DNA of 34,545 bases from a virus (taxonomy: Duplodnaviria; Caudoviricetes), in the IMG/VR virus record IMGVR_UViG_3300028586_000054, positions 1 through 34,545 of that record. One strand, 5' to 3'. This document shows positions 33,415-34,545 of this stretch, one piece after another. The position numbers were made by a program, and so were the translations under genes. The notes beneath the pieces are model-generated. The model ran no database searches and had not been told where the DNA came from. It saw nothing but the letters and a program-made list of their open reading frames with translations. The first letter of the stretch is position 1. Every line of letters starts with the position of its first letter.

Positions 33415-34545
33415 TATGCATTTTTCTCTTCATCAGAATATTGAAGGCGGAATTGATTTTTAACCGCAAAAACACGGAGCTGATTCACGTAATCAGGCGG
33501 AAATAAAACATCAACACGATTTGAATTATTAGCGTTACGTTCAACAATCAGATATTTTTTAAATATCTCAAAATTCTCTACAATGCCCGCCAATTCAAGT
33601 TCTTTGTATACTGCGCACATTTCGCCGCGCAAAACGGATGGCGTGACGATTGCCTGACCCTGACCAAATCGCGTGCCATCATCAGCCAGTTTATGCCGTG
33701 CGTATTTGGTCGTAATTACCGATTTCAGCTTGCGGAGCACATAGGCGCTCGTGTGTAACGTTTCGCTATCTAAATAGCTGTTATCCGTTGCGCCAAACTT
33801 GTTCACCTTATACGTCGTGACATCGCGCTCAATCTGTAACGATCCACCAGAGACAGCAGCCGTCGCAATGCCATGACTCAGCAGGCTCTGACGCTCCAGA
33901 ATCTGATTTCGTTTACCAACCGGCGCGGGAAGAGCACCGGTAATAGCGCCCGTTTGTGTAGGGCGAGCCGGATCATTACGAATAAATGCGGCCTGACGAC
34001 CTAACCGGGCTGCGATGAGTTCATCTGGCGGCGTCTGCGTGTCAGGTTCATAGCCGCAAATTGTCAGATGCTGATCGTTGAATGAATCGCCAAACTGTAC
34101 GAGGTCCGTTAAGGGGCCAATTTTGGCGCTGTACACATGGCCGTATAACTGGCGATACCACGACCAGCGACCGGCGCTGTCGTCCATCTCCTGTCCGATC
34201 AGTTTTAATGATGAGCTGTCACTGAACGGGAACCCGATAAAATCAAAACTTTCATCACCCATTGCGGCGATAACGGGGTCCAGGTCGACAGGTTTAGCAC
34301 CTCCGGTCATCGCCGTGATCTGAATATTCAGGCCGTCCGGCGTCTGCTCTCCCCCTGTCATCCCGTAATAGTTGAGCGTCAGTGGGATATTACAGCCCGC
34401 AACCCCTGTATATTTCGCTGTCAGTGTAATAGTTGCCGCATCACCGTTTGCTGCAGCAGCAGCCGTTACAGGGAGATCGGCGTCAGCATTAATCGCATCG
34501 GCTAGCGATTCAGCCGCCTGCATTGCCGTGTCATCGACGGCCACA
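33414..34545 (-). CDS. Tail sheath protein, C-terminal part (joins 1-525)
   Basis: DPARPTQT, DNSYLD.ETL and PPDYVNQLRVFA motifs. Confidence 0.93.
   Translation of the reverse strand, partial: VAVDDTAMQAAESLADAINADADLPVTAAAAANGDAATITLTAKYTGVAGCNIPLTLNYYGMTGGEQTPDGLNIQITAMTGGAKPVDLDPVIAAMGDESFDFIGFPFSDSSSLKLIGQEMDDSAGRWSWYRQLYGHVYSAKIGPLTDLVQFGDSFNDQHLTICGYEPDTQTPPDELIAARLGRQAAFIRNDPARPTQTGAITGALPAPVGKRNQILERQSLLSHGIATAAVSGGSLQIERDVTTYKVNKFGATDNSYLDSETLHTSAYVLRKLKSVITTKYARHKLADDGTRFGQGQAIVTPSVLRGEMCAVYKELELAGIVENFEIFKKYLIVERNANNSNRVDVLFPPDYVNQLRVFAVKNQFRLQYSDEEKNA
34419..34545. repeat. Terminal direct repeat, copy 2
   Basis: Identical to 1-127. Confidence 0.95.

Larger units (their letters stand above)
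1..34545. mobile_element. Complete circular temperate phage-plasmid (contractile tail, IncFII-type replicon)
   Basis: Head, tail, lysis and repressor genes occur with repA, oriR, parA, a TA pair and an Xer site. The ends overlap and no integrase is recognisable. Confidence 0.92.

Noticed and set aside
897-34323. Many plus-strand ORFs antisense to structural genes (e.g. 2511-2858, 23197-23721, 29631-30167, 32148-32660)
   Set aside because: They are shadow ORFs overlapping well-supported minus-strand genes and show no recognisable motifs.
34419-34545. 127-bp terminal repeat as a biological terminal repeat or att site
   Set aside because: It is an exact overlap in the middle of the sheath gene and its length matches a common assembler k-mer, so it only indicates circularity.

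Overview
This window looks like a complete circular phage-plasmid of about 34,418 bp; bases 1-127 are repeated exactly at 34419-34545, as expected for an assembly overlap. An HK97/P27-type cos-packaging head and an SfV/Mu-type contractile tail are joined to an IncFII (R1/R100-like) plasmid replicon. The replicon has RepA, an apparent antisense copy-control RNA and an oriR-like origin with a DnaA box. Plasmid maintenance functions include a ParA plus ribbon-helix-helix pair, a HigBA-like toxin-antitoxin and an XerCD (psi/dif-like) site. I recognise no integrase, resolvase or lambda O/P-type replication genes. An enterobacterial host is inferred from the LexA, DnaA and Xer sites. The main oddities are: (1) two tandem small proteins, each with two retroviral-nucleocapsid-type CX2CX4HX4C zinc knuckles, between the packaging HNH gene and cos; (2) a CI repressor whose protease domain has lost its catalytic residues, with an unlinked LexA-boxed small gene as candidate antirepressor; (3) a 13-bp AT-only motif at seven dispersed loci, including the parA promoter; (4) a split lysis region with two endolysins, one degenerate; (5) long structured leaders after late-operon terminators. 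All family calls are by eye from motifs and synteny; no database searches were run.
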